A stretch of 64,000 nt of DNA from Neoechinorhynchus agilis (Eukaryota > Animalia > Acanthocephala). The stretch is from assembly GCA_051530055.1 (NCBI GenBank), contig CM121342.1, positions 9,873,480 to 9,937,479 on the forward strand, in the 5' to 3' direction. Positions within the stretch are counted from its first letter, which is position 1, and the number at the start of each line of letters is the position of its first letter. A program made the position numbers and the translations under genes. The notes below the pieces were generated by a model. The model had not been told where the DNA came from, searched no databases, and saw only the letters and a list, made by a program, of their open reading frames with translations. This document shows, in pieces, positions 37,515 through 49,790 of this stretch.

Positions 37515-40050
37515 TTTATTTTTTGTTTACTTTTTTGCTTCATTAATTTATTGGATTTTAATTTTCTTTACATCAGCGATTTGTTCATAAATTTCATTTT
37601 TGCTTTCGACACAGTCCCAAGTACGCTTGCGCCATTCCCTCTTTGTATCGCAAGCGATATGTTTTGTAGAAGAAAGGTGGGAGCTCTAATGTCAGTTGTT
37701 GCTTCAATTAACCGCTTACTCAGCTGACGAATAGAAAAGTCTTCGCCATGCGTCCAAGCGCGATCCGAAGGTCTCCACACCGAAAAGGCATAAAAATATT
37801 AGTCCGTGAGTTCGCGCCATTTTCTTAAATTCAGCTGCTGAGGCTGCTGCTCCGGATTCGACCGACGCCTCTTTCACGTTGCTGGCAGTCAAGAAATCGA
37901 CACAGGTTGCTTACCATTGCAGCAGACCATCATCGAGTCTGCATATATGGCTTGGCTCTAGGATATTCGGCGGCGCGTGTGCCGTGATTTAAAGGCGCGA
38001 CTGCTAATCATATTGTTCATTTCCGCGTGTCTCGCGAATCGACCGCTTACATGCCAGGCCATGTCTTCCTGTGGCGTCTACACGGCGATGCTACATCTGC
38101 ATGTGTATTTGGAACACAGATTGCTAATCCGAGCCTCAAGGACCGCGATTCTCAGGATTTCATTGTCCTATCGAATTCCGAGTGAAGCGACAGGGAGAGT
38201 TCTTTGCAGGATGCTTGAATCCTCTTGGTAACCTTCGGCTGATATTAATTGGATTGTCATATTTCATTGTCCTCGGGGTGAATTTGATTGTACGTTGGCG
38301 AATCCTGTCCCCCTGAAGAGGCAAGGAAAACCTTGCGAAATATTTCTTAGATAAATAAATGAGTAACGACAAAACCGGGGACAGGATTCGCCAACGTACA
38401 ATTAATTGGATTAGTGGGAGGCATCTTGTTAAGGAGGAAAGGAAGGACGGAAATACCAATTCCTCCAAAATTAACGGGACGCCTGTGTCCAACCTGAATG
38501 CGGCAGCTGTTTTAATCTGTCTTCATATTTGAAAAAGGGTACTGATCGTTTCGGTATGTATTGGCAGTTCTTAAGGAGAAATAAAGCTTCGTAAGGAGAT
38601 AATTCCGAGTCGGTTACACATGAGCTCTGTTGAAAGCTTGATCTCATTTAAATCGTCGGGTATGTTCTCATCAAGGACACAACTGCAAAGACCAGATTTG
38701 GTTATGAGCTGTATGCATGGAGCAACCTTCTCAAAATCACTCCAAATACGCCAACAGTCGTTATCTCCACAATTCAAAGCCAGTAACTCGCGTTTGCGAG
38801 CGTGTTGGAATTGGACTGGAGAGAGTGGGCCAAATGGTTGATTGTCAAAACGAAACCCAGTGGTCTCAAAGGATCCCCTGTTGGACACTGGATTGTGGCC
38901 AAATAAGATCATTTCCGAAGACAAGGAGAGTACTACAATTACAGGCTGAAGGGAAGTAGAGTAATACCTCCGGGAGATTATTACGGACTGTTTCAATCAA
39001 AGCTCCACTGTCAATTGTATTGAAGGCGTTGGCGAAGTCGCATTTGAGCACGATTTGAATATCCTTGCCAGTATTAACAAAGGTACGCAACGTATGCACA
39101 ATCGCCTCGGCTCCAGCAGCATCCGAGTTGTACTGGCCTTGGAATGTGACCCGCTTCTTCTGCTACTATTGGAAAGTATCTTGCCCGTAAGGCGGCGAAA
39201 GGTGGTGCCGATAGCAATGGGACCAATCCTACCGTCCTCCTTATTTAGAGCACAAAACGAGGCCGAGAAAAGGAAGTGCACGCCTTTCGATATTAAGCCG
39301 CCTCGAGCGATTAAATTGAGCATGGCTGTCAGTGCTTTAATGACTGATTTGGAGGCGCAGTTTGACGCGGGTGAGACAAGAAGTCCGTGACTGGAGCCAC
39401 ATGCGAAGGAGGATGGAGCTTTCTCAATATCAGCTCTTTCGATGGGTCTCAAAGATTTTCTCGGAAGCGAGGTCATTGGCCTGGATCTTGCGTCTGATGA
39501 ATGGTATTTTCGTAAAGCATCAAGTGTTACGGATGTGTGGCTATCGAATGTGTCCGTTGATGAAAGTCTTAGCTCCTCTAACGTCTCCGTCATATAGTTT
39601 TGCTGACGCGCGCACCTAATTGGCGGGTTAGATGTCGATTATCTTTGGCTTCCGAAAAGTCCGATGTAGTTGCCTCCGAGAGTTTTAGGGCATCACAGAA
39701 TTTCTCTTGGAATTGAGCGATTCTTTTCTTGAAGATGGAGGTCAACGATTCCTTTGAGGACTCTCAGGGAAAAGCGAACAAGCGCACCCATGACATTGCG
39801 TTGTCATTGGCGACACATTCATTGAGGAGTTCGGCGTAGCTCTTCCCGATTTGATACCGAGCTTTCTTTAGGAATTCGTTTGAGGACGTATTTTGGGAGA
39901 ACGCAAAGGAAATTGGTAATCAGAGACTCCCTCCGCAAGTCGTCATTTTGCCCCGATTTTGAACTAAGATAGGCGGCATTCATTTGTAGGTTTTTCCGAG
40001 CCTGCATATCGTGAAGAGCAAGGACCGCGGATGTGTAAAACATTTGATTT
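37515..40050 (-). mobile_element. Decayed CRE-clade non-LTR retrotransposon (RT + RLE)
   Basis: ALNKEDGRI.PIAIG.TFRRL..K, LKCDFANAFNTI, VQQG(D)PL, C-terminal FLLQNISLAIQRGN.ASVLGT and an A-rich 3' tail near 37515-37570; many frameshifts. Confidence 0.9.
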
Positions 40051-40315
40051 CGTCAAACTGATAGTTCTTTGACAGAAAGGGCAAGCTTCAGTGGCGACCT
40101 TGGACAAATCGATGACGTCACAATATAAATCCTGTGCTTTATGATTTCTTATGCAACGGATGGGTAGAATACATAATTGCCAATAGAGTTAAAGGTTTAA
40201 CCTTTTAAAATCTTATTTCTAGATTTAACCCTTCGATATTATTAATTTATGATGATAAAAAAGGTTTTATATTCAAGAGAAAACTTCACAAGAGTGCACT
40301 ATTTCACTCCTTTGC

Positions 40316-41345
40316 TCAGTGTTTCATGCAATTGTCGCAACTCCTGAATAGGCAATCAACAATTTGACCATGGTTTTCAAGATAACAACAATCAAATCGA
40401 TGGACTCTGCAAATCTTATAGCTATCCTTGCATATTTGTTCCAGGGTACTGATTACATTGTCCACCCCGTAGATGATATTCTCGTCAATGCAATCACGTT
40501 GATTATTGGAATGCACGTGAACAAAGTCCACTAATTTCACGGAAGCCTGGATACCATTATTGCCATTTCCGTCCAATCGATCACCGCTATGAAACAAAAG
40601 CAGAGAAACTGCATAGAACAAAAACATCCTTTGTTTAGCTAAATACGATCTCAGTTCGTTCAGTTGATCGATCATGTTTCTTACTTTGACACGTCCATAG
40701 GAAACATGCTTCTCGTGATCATCGGGAGAAAACCCCATAAAGTACGCAAGCGCATGAATCAAGTTCGCTCCGTCTATTTGCCTACAGCAGACCTTACGAT
40801 GAAGCTCAAACATATCTTTGCTTGGATGGTACTTTTGAAATCCTTTATCGGCTTCTCTTTAAGAGAGAGAGTTCAAAAATATCGAAAGAGAAATACCGAT
40901 CTACAATATGATATCCAGTTTTTTCAGAATCAGGGTACTTTGATCTCTGTCGCGAAATTTTAACTTCGTCTGCACTCGGGTCCCATGTTCTTCGACCCAT
41001 CTTTGCGTCCAGAATGTTGGGATGTGGTAGAAAAGGAACACAGAGGTTCTCTAGTCTAAGATACTTAATGTCGTTGAAATGATCGATGCCGCAAAAAGTA
41101 GGGATAATACGCCGAATAGCTAAACAGTCATCGCTTTGGTCACTGAAGACCTTTTCGTAGAATGATAGTTCGCGATGACCGTTATTTGTCGCTTCGACTG
41201 GCTTGAGGACGGTTCTGTATTTGTTGTTCTTTTCGAGAAGACCGAGTTTTCGTTTACACTTTCCATGAAAGTGGCCAGCTACCTGGTGAATCAACGGTGT
41301 ACAATCGTCCGGGACTTTAATTTCCGCAGCATCAACGGCTCTCAT
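40316..41345 (-). CDS. IPMK: Inositol polyphosphate multikinase; 2 exons
   Basis: HQVAGH, VLKP, REL.FYE, IP.F.G, YL.LENL, P.ILD.KMGRRTWDP, KYP, FYAVSLLL, VKLVDF.HV, D.NIIYGV. Intron near 40847-40904. Confidence 0.92.
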
Positions 41346-41840
41346 TTATTCTGGAAGCTAGAAGATGGAACTGCTTAAATCTTTTAAGCAAAAACATTTA
41401 AAACTGTGAGTGTTTTAATTACTTTTTCCTAATTGTTAGCAAAATGTAACCGGCTAGTCAAACATTAGATAAAATACATTGATTACTTGTTTTTAATTTC
41501 ACATTTTTGTATGTTTAAGAGCATTACGGTTAAACTCTCTCACGCATGCAAAACGCTAAACGAATATTTTGAATTCAAAAGTTAATCTTATAGTTTCGCC
41601 GGCCTCCATGGATAAAACACTATTCAAGGTTCCACCCAGGAGATCATTGGAAATTTCGCTCGTGGAATCACGGCTTATCTCGCAAGACGTGAAAAATGAG
41701 ACTTGTAATAGTAGGGAGGAGACGGCAAAAGTTTAATGGACGAATTAACTTCTTTTTTTAACTTCGTCTCAGGATTGTTTTGCCCTGCTGAAGAAGGAAT
41801 AAAAGTCAGAAATATCGGTCCAAAAACAAGTATTTCGCGT

Positions 41841-42266
41841 TTCATTCCGGTTATTGTATCACTTCCTCGGCTTTTGGCATAAGGTCACGGCAATTAAGCC
41901 ATGCCTATCCCTTACATCAGAGAAGTGATTGAATCATTTAGACTCTGATACATGCGGTAAAGAGTTTGTGCGCATCCCTTCGAATCATCAGATACCTCCA
42001 AAGGAGGAGGCGGGACTCAACAGTGAATTTCCTCTTTCCTTCAACGAGGTATTTCGTCCCTTTTTTGGTTGTGAGTCATCGGCGGTGACGGAGTCGAACC
42101 AGTTGACCCTTAACTTGGATCAATAGCATTAGTCCACTTGACCACCTCGACACAACTACGAAATCTACAACAAACTCTGCTAGTATTTATACGTCGAGGT
42201 AAGTATTGGCTTCATGCAGTGGCCTTATGCCAAAAGCCGAGGAAGGGATGTAATAACCTGAATAAA
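41841..42266. mobile_element. Fold-back (MITE-like) element with about 50-bp terminal inverted repeats
   Basis: Perfect 23-bp inverted core CTTCCTCGGCTTTTGGCATAAGG at 41862-41884 and 42223-42245, extending imperfectly on both sides. Confidence 0.85.
42081..42151 (-). pseudogene. Degenerate tRNA-Leu(CAA)-like sequence (pseudogene or SINE head)
   Basis: Box A TGGTCAAGTGG, TCCAAGT loop (cf. Leu CTCAAGT), box B GGTTCGACTCC. Acceptor and anticodon stems pair poorly. Confidence 0.55.
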
Positions 42267-43187
42267 AAAGATTCGGCTTACCATTAAAAACATTTAAGAA
42301 TTATTTCATAAAGTCAATCAAAAGGAGAACATGCGATTGAGAAACTCTCATTTTTAGATGGTCAATACTGCCGAAATTGTAGCAAGAACGAAATGGACAA
42401 GTAAGAACGGGTCGCAGTTTCTTAAAATTTCAGCTGAGTTACATTTTGAAAAGATAATTCATTGTTATTTGTCGATAGGAGAAAATAAATGAAATTAAGA
42501 TTTTATTGTTGACACTTATTTAAAAACTTACAAACAATCGCTGAAGAATATCCGAGATAGTGGATCGAAATATCGTGAAAGCAATAAAATCTTGATTTCA
42601 TTGTTCTCCTATCGATAAATAACTGAGTTACACTAAAGATCCCACAACGTGACGCCATCTCTTGAGTTCAATAAAATTCGTCATGGAGGAGGAGTGGACT
42701 TTAATATGTTTCTAAACAAGTGGCACTTAAATATCCCCAGAGACAAATTACTGAATTTAGGACTAAAAAAATTGTTACGTCTCTCAAGATGCACTTTTTG
42801 GATGTCACAATTTACGAACTGAACCTTTTCTACTTATCTTACCAATGATTTCTTGCGATCATCAAGCAAATCGAATTCGGCCGTCACTTAATTGATGCAC
42901 CACAAATTGAAAAACTATTTCGAAAGAGCATGTAATTCTTTCTTGGTCAATCAAGAATATCGAACGGAATGCAAAAATTAGGATTTGAATAGTCTAACGG
43001 CTTCCATAACGCTCAATTATTAACGAAAATGAGAAGGGATTTTCCTGGATTCGTTTTGGGAATAACTGGGGTTATGGGATGCACTCGTTTTTGAATTTTC
43101 AAAATGCCCCTTGTTTTCAAATCATTTCTTTTTTATTGTGAATGAAGAAACTAAATAGTGAGCAGGTCTCTTGTACTGACTCGCTCA

Positions 43188-45640
43188 TAGTTCCAACCGG
43201 AACGAAGGAATATCTTTATCCTCCATTGTCTCAAGGATCCACCGTTACCTTTTTGAATCTCTGATTTTCTAATAAAAATCGTTTGTTCTTACGATCAAAG
43301 ATTTTCCATTTTCGATTAAAATTTCTGCGGTACTCGGTCCGACGGCCTCAATCGTCTCCATGGCAAGAGGTTGGAAATGTGGAGCGACGTAAAATTTAAT
43401 CGTTACATATCCAAGCGATCAAAGTTCCAACCGGAACGAAGGAATATCTTTATCCTCCATTGTCTCAAGGATCCAGAGTTACCCTTTTGAATCGCTGATT
43501 TTCTAATAAAAATCGTTTGTTCTTACGACCAAAGATTTTCCATTTTCGATTAAAATTTCTGCGGTACTCGGTCCGACGGCCTCAATCGTCTCCATGGCAA
43601 GAGGTTGGAAATGTGGAGCGACGTAAAATTTAATCGTTACATATCCAAGCGATCAAAGTTCCACCCGGAACGAAGGAATATCTTTATCCTCCATTGTCTC
43701 AAGGATCCAGAGTTACCTTTTTGAATCGCTGATTTTCTAATAAAATCGTTTGTTCTTACGACTAACCATTTTCCATTTTCGATTAAAATTTCTGTAGTAC
43801 TCGGTCCGACGGCCTCAATCGTCTCCATGGCAAGAGGTTGGAAATGTGGAGTGACGTAAAATTTAATCGTTACATATCCAAGCGATCAAAGTTCCACCCG
43901 GAACGAAGGAATATCTTTATCCTCCATTGTCTCAAGGATCCAGAGTTACCTTTTTGAGTCGCTGATTTTCTAATAAAAATCGTTTGTTCTTACGACCAAA
44001 GATTTTCCATTTTCGATTACAATTTCTGCGGTCTCGCTCCGACGGCCTCAATCGTCTCTGATGGCAAGAGGGTTGGAAATGTGGAGCGACGTAAAATTTA
44101 ATCGTTACATATCCAAGCGATCAAAGTTCCACCCGGAACGAAGGAATATCTTTATCCTCCATTGTCTCAAGGATCCAGAGTTACCTTTTTGAATCGCTGA
44201 TTTTCTAATAAAAATCGTTTGTTCTTACGATCAAAGATTTTCCATTTTCGATTAAAATTTCTGCGGTACTCGGTCCGACGGCCTCAATTGTCTCCATGGC
44301 AAGAGGTTGGAAATGTGGAACGACGTAAAATTTAATCGTTACATATCCAAGCGATCAAAGTTCCAACCGGAACGAAGGAATATCTTTATCCTCCATTGTC
44401 TCAAGGATCCACCGTTACCTTTTTGAATCTCTGATTTTCTAATAAAAATCGTTTGTTCTCACGATCAAAGATTTTCCATTTTCGATTAAAATTTCTGCGG
44501 TACTCGGTCCGACGGCCTCAATCGTCTCCATGGCAAGAGGTTGGAAATGTGGAGCGACGTAAAATTTAATCGTTACATATCCAAGCGATCAAAGTTCCAA
44601 CCGGAACGAAGGAATATCGTTATCCTCCATTGTCTCAAGGATCCAGAGTTACCTTTTTGAATCGCTGATTTTCTAATAAAAATCGTTTGTTCTTACGACT
44701 AACCATTTTCCGTTTTCGATTAAAATTTCTGTAGTACTCGGTCCGACGGCCTCAATCGTCTCCATGGCAAGAGGTTGGAAATGTGGAGTGACGTAAAATT
44801 TAATCGTTACATATCCAAGCGATCAAAGTTCCGATCGGAACGAAGGAATATCTTTATCCTCCATTGTCTCAAGGATCCAGCGTTACCTTTTTGAATCGCT
44901 GATTTTTTGATAAAAATGGTTTGTTCTTACGACCAAAGATTTTCCATTTTCGATTAAAATTTCTGCGGTAGTCGGTCCGACGGCCTCAATCGTCTCCATG
45001 GCAAGAGGTTGGAAATGTGGAGCGACGTAAAATTTAATCGTTACATATCCAAGCGATCAAAGTTCCAACCGGAACGAAGGAATATCTTTATCCTCCATTG
45101 TCTCAAGGATCCAGAGTTACCTTTTTGAATCGCTGATTTTCTAATAAAAATCATTTGTTCTTACGACCAAAGATTTTCCATTTTCGATTAAAATTTCTGT
45201 GGTACTCTGACCGGCGGCCTCAATCGTCTCCATGGCAAGAGGTTGGAAAATGTGGAGCGACGTAAAATTTAATCGTTACATATCCAAGCGATCAAAGTTC
45301 CAACCGGAACAAAGGAATATCTTTATCCTCCATTGTCTCAAGGATCCAGCGTTACCTTTTTGAATCGCTGATTTTTTGATAAAAATCGTTTGTTCTTACG
45401 ATCAAAGATTTTCCATTTTCGATTAAAATTTCTGCGGTACTCTGACCGACGGCCTCAATCGTCTCCATGGCAAGAGGTCGGAAAATGTGGAGCTACGTAA
45501 AATTTAATAGTTACATATCCAAGCGATCAAAGTTCCAATCGGAGCGGAGGAACATCTTTATTCTCTATTGTCTCAAAGATTTTTCGTTCCCTTTTTGAAT
45601 CTCTGATTTTTTGATAAAAATGGTTTGTTCTTACGACCAA
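43188..45640. repeat. 234-bp tandem array, about 10.5 units
   Basis: GGATCC recurs at 43469, 43703, 43936, 44171 and onward; one CCATGG in most units. Confidence 0.99.
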
Positions 45641-45896
45641 CTGTACATTACAAAAAAACTTTATCATTACCAAAGTATTGTAAGAAATCCACATTGAAGT
45701 CCTTAATTTGATAATCCACATTGAAGTTCTTAATTTGATTTTGTTGTGTGTTTGTTTCGTTGGTTTGTATAAAAATCAAGCGCCAGAAAATAACATTTTT
45801 TAATCTAAACGGTGAGTTCTCGCTCATAACACGAAAGAGCCTCGTGACTGGTACCACTTCGCAATCCTTTTACAGATTTAGCACCCTGCTACCAAG

Positions 45897-46334
45897 ATGG
45901 CTACCAAAAGCTCACCGCTTGTGAAGAAGTTCACTCAGGCTAAAATTATCCTAAGAATCCGGGAATTCCTTCAAGGAGTAAGTTCGTTTCGTGTATACTT
46001 TTTCCATTTCTCCTATGGTTTTTTTCAGTTTCCACCTATGGATTCTCACGACTACGCGTTTGAAATGTCTCGCAGATATCCAACTGTTTCGGAAATGAGA
46101 GGCGATTATCCGTTGGATGATATTCCTTTGGACCAGCCAGCGTATCATAAAAGAGATTACCGAAATATCGATCGCATTGCTCAATCAGTTGATAATATAG
46201 AACTGTTGAGCAGTGGAGAAGGTTTAAAAGATTTGGAGAAGACACCTGAATCAAGTTGGGCAAAAAGATCTGCTGGTCGAGCACTCAGCTGGGACCCTCC
46301 GTCTTTCTGGAAAACACGTCTTGGTGGTGATTGA
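45897..46334 (+). CDS. NDUFA7 (complex I B14.5a)-like; 2 exons, intron 45978-46028
   Basis: IILRIREFLQG (cf. IIQ..RNFL.G) and YH.RDYR (cf. YY..RD.RR); size matches; canonical intron keeps the frame. Confidence 0.5.
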   Translation: MATKSSPLVKKFTQAKIILRIREFLQGVSSFRVYFFHFSYGFFQFPPMDSHDYAFEMSRRYPTVSEMRGDYPLDDIPLDQPAYHKRDYRNIDRIAQSVDNIELLSSGEGLKDLEKTPESSWAKRSAGRALSWDPPSFWKTRLGGD

Positions 46335-46945
46335 AGCATGAACTTAGTTTTAATTTTTAATATTTCTTGGTTTCAAATTAAGGTCAATTTTTACTTAGTT
46401 CAACTTTGAATTCTTTTTAATCACGAAATTAGATGCCAAATAAAGAAGTTGAACTATTTAATTGCTAGCGCAAATCATATTTTGCCGTCCGGAATGTGAG
46501 AAACCTGTCGATTGGCTCATGCCATCACATCGAATCTGATGATTTAATGATTCACCTTTTAAACGAAAATAAATAGAATTAAGGTCAGGTCAGACCCATA
46601 GACCGACATTGCAAAGTGATTGTGGCAAAAAATTAATATTAGATATAAAATTCGCAAAAAATATAATATAGTTGCAAAACTTAAAAAATAACTTCAATCT
46701 TCTAAGCAGAGAATTGCAACTTTTTCAACGGGCCGAGGATCGTGGAGCAATGATTTTTAGATGTACTCGAGACGGAAAAATTTACGAGCAAATCACCGCC
46801 ACGATAATCATGATTTTTCCATTCATTTTAAACCTTTAGTAGTTGTTTTTGGAACATAGAAGCACAAAATTTAAAGTATTTGTTATGAAAGTCGATTTCT
46901 AGATTCTCTCAAATCATCGATTTGCTTATATAATCCTGATTTCAG

Positions 46946-48886
46946 ATGTCATCGTCGCTACGGTATGAGAATGGAATGCCTGACAACTCGATTATAACGG
47001 TTCAAAACGAATGCCGGTACATATCCATCAAATTTAATCGACAAGGTACACTTTTGTCGGCGGGTTGCTTTGACGGACATGTTGCCTTTTTCGACTTACT
47101 GAACCTTGAGATAGTATGCAAGATCGAAGCATTCTCTGAAGCAGTGACAAGTATGGATTTTTCTCGAGACGGTCATTTTTTTGCGGCCGGAAGTACGAAT
47201 TACAACACCAGTTCTTATTAGCATGGGGATAGGCCTTAAATTAATGAACTGAATTGGTGTGTACACTGTCAAAGTGTATCGACTTAAGACTCGCACTTGC
47301 ATTTTCACAAAAGTATTAAACGTTCCTATCACTAGTGTCGAATTTAATTCTAGGATTTCCGATCAACTAATCGTTTGCTCGGCATTCAAAGCGCCCGTTA
47401 TGTTCGGAATTGAAAATAAAATGGAATTCTCGTTCCATACTTTAAGCCATCGATTCTTAACTTTTTTGCAAAATTATTAGAATTCCTTTCATTAAATTTG
47501 CTATAAGTAAAATATCGACTCTTACAAAAGGTCTTCAAATCAAACTTTTCGTCGCACATTTGCATTTTTCTTGGCTCTTATCAAGTGCAAGGACGAGTGA
47601 ACATTCTTATAACGACGGTTGAGAATTGATGATATATCCGAGACAGGACAATGGGGATTTAGTGCTCTTGATGACGATAGTAACAATCTTTTCTTAGCTC
47701 AGAAAAATGCTGATATTAAGAAATATGAAAAGTATTCCCAATTTTTCCGTCAATACTCACTTGCGACCTATGACCGACGCGGCAAATTTGTATTCCTTAT
47801 AAATAATAGTTTTAAGCTTTGCTTGTATTCCGTTCAAGATAATCGAGTGGTGGGCTGTGCTTATCTGGCTTCAAAATGTGGTATGATAAATCAGTCTAAT
47901 AGGCCAAGACCAGTTGAGCAGCTTAAGTACGGTCGACGAGGACATTTTATTGCTCTTAATTCAGATCGATGCATTCGTTTATATTCCTTTAAAACAATAA
48001 AGGATCTAATTGATGTCGAGGGCAAAGAAGGAATTCCAGTTGTACCGGTTTTGAGAATTTTGCAAGACGATGTGGATACTCTTTGTCTTAAGCTTGAAAA
48101 TTACATTCTAAAATTTAAAATCAAGGGGGAAAGGGAGATCTGAAGATAGTTCCTAATTTCGCGATTCGTAGAAGAGGGAAAATTTTTCAAAGTTCAGATT
48201 ACACGAAGCGGATTCTTTTGCGTGGAATGTCACGTGAGATTTAAAAATAGTCGTATTTCTCTCTAGTTTTAAACTTAATTTCTTTTAAAACAATTTCAAA
48301 GTCTAAGACGAACACTAAAGCACGGATACAGTCCTTCACGTTTTCTACTGACGGTAGCTACTTGGCATTAGTTACGGTTGATCCAAAAAAGCTGCAGATA
48401 TTCGATGTCAATAAAGGTATATCAATTTACACAATTCCAATGTCGAACAAAGAACGATTATTTGATACAGATTGGCACCCTTACAAAGCGTCATTTGCTG
48501 TTATGTGCGGGGATGTATTTAGACTTTACGGAAACACTAATTTTTGGTCACAAAAAAACAATAATCCATACGAAGCGATGTTTTGTGAACTTGAGGACAA
48601 CGTGATTTATACTGAGGTTGAATCGGAGTTTGATAACAAGCATGAGGATATAGACGGCGATCGTTCATTGCTCAGTGAATGTGAGTTTTCAGAAGAGCAT
48701 AAGGAAATCGATTTGTATAAAATTCAAATGAGTGAAGGTGTGTTGAGCAGTGATGAAGACAGTATGGATAGAGCTAGCGACTTTTATATTATGCCGATCG
48801 ATAAACCTGAAATGATGAAGACATTATCTATTATACCTTTTCCGGATGTGAGAAACGTGAATCTTAAAAGAAAAATCGATGATTGA
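46946..48886 (+). CDS. RBBP5: RBBP5/Swd1-like WD40 protein (COMPASS subunit)
   Basis: FNRQGTLLSAGC.DG, VTS.DFSRDGH, APVM, LDDD, ATYDRRG, LQD.V, FS.DG.Y, L.D.DWHP, F.ELEDNV.Y.E.ESEFD..HED. Confidence 0.82.
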
Positions 48887-49261
48887 GTTTATGTTACAAT
48901 ATAATGATTCATGATGAAAATTTCGTTTCCACTCCAGAAAATGTGGTGCATTTCCCTTAAAGCTACTACTCATAAGCTGGCAAAATTAGACAGATTGCGA
49001 AAGCTTCTCTCGAGAAAAATATTAAATACTCAATAGCCGCGACGCGACCTTGCGTCAAACGTCCTTGCCTGTGTCGTCCGGCGGTTTGAGTATCCGAAAA
49101 GCAGTATATATTTCCCTGCCAGCTTATTAGAGATCGTATGAAGCAGGTCAAAAATATCGAGTGGTGAAAGATAATGCCTTAACCATACGCGGCGGAATTA
49201 TGGTTAAAACCTCATCGTACACCACTCGATAAAACGCAACCTGCTTGAGCGACGCACACGG

Positions 49262-49790
49262 TGTAAAAAGTCGAAAATATTTTAGTACTTTATTGGCGAG
49301 GATTATAGGTTGGATGAAGATTTCGTGGAGGCTCTTAATCTTTGGTGTGAATATTCCGGTAGCGAGCAAGTACTCGTCAATGGTCGCAAACAATCAGTTT
49401 GGGATTTACTCCTGGTAGCGAGAATTCATAACTCTTTAATCTGAATACTGTGAATGCGCCAAAAATCATAGAACCGGTTGAACGGTGCCACCGTATTCCC
49501 GTCGACAGTAAGATAAAATTCGCCGCTGTTAAAGCCGGATAGCAGCGACCGCCGCTGAGGAACGCAAAAAAGACAAAATACAGGGCTTGGTGCGAAATCA
49601 TTATTTCGTTCTCTTTGGCGTCGAGACGCTCGGGTCACTTGGTACCGCGGCGCAGGATCTGGTCAATCAATTGTCCAAGAGACTGACGACGAGGAGCATT
49701 CCTCCTGCAAAACATAACTTTGGTTCTGCAACGAGAGGGAACACTACATCCGTCCTTTCGACCGTTACACCAGGATAGCAGCTGAGTGAT
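49262..49790 (+). mobile_element. 3' fragment of a CRE-clade RLE element (paralog of 14703-15230)
   Basis: YFVLFGVETLGSLGTAAQDLVNQLSKRL; direct similarity to copy A. Confidence 0.75.

Noticed and set aside
45687-45741. 27-bp tandem duplication next to the 234-bp array
   Set aside because: Two copies only; ordinary slippage.
47430-47650. Possible further non-canonical RBBP5 intron (ATTCTC/GAGAAT ends)
   Set aside because: Poorly conserved region and a two-intron canonical solution exists; undecidable by eye.
29277-48886. Simple indel errors or pseudogenes as the general explanation
   Set aside because: The inserts are tens to hundreds of non-homologous bases in essential genes, exons are otherwise intact, and the SLC22 insert occurs in both copies. 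Still possible for DNAJB12 intron 1.
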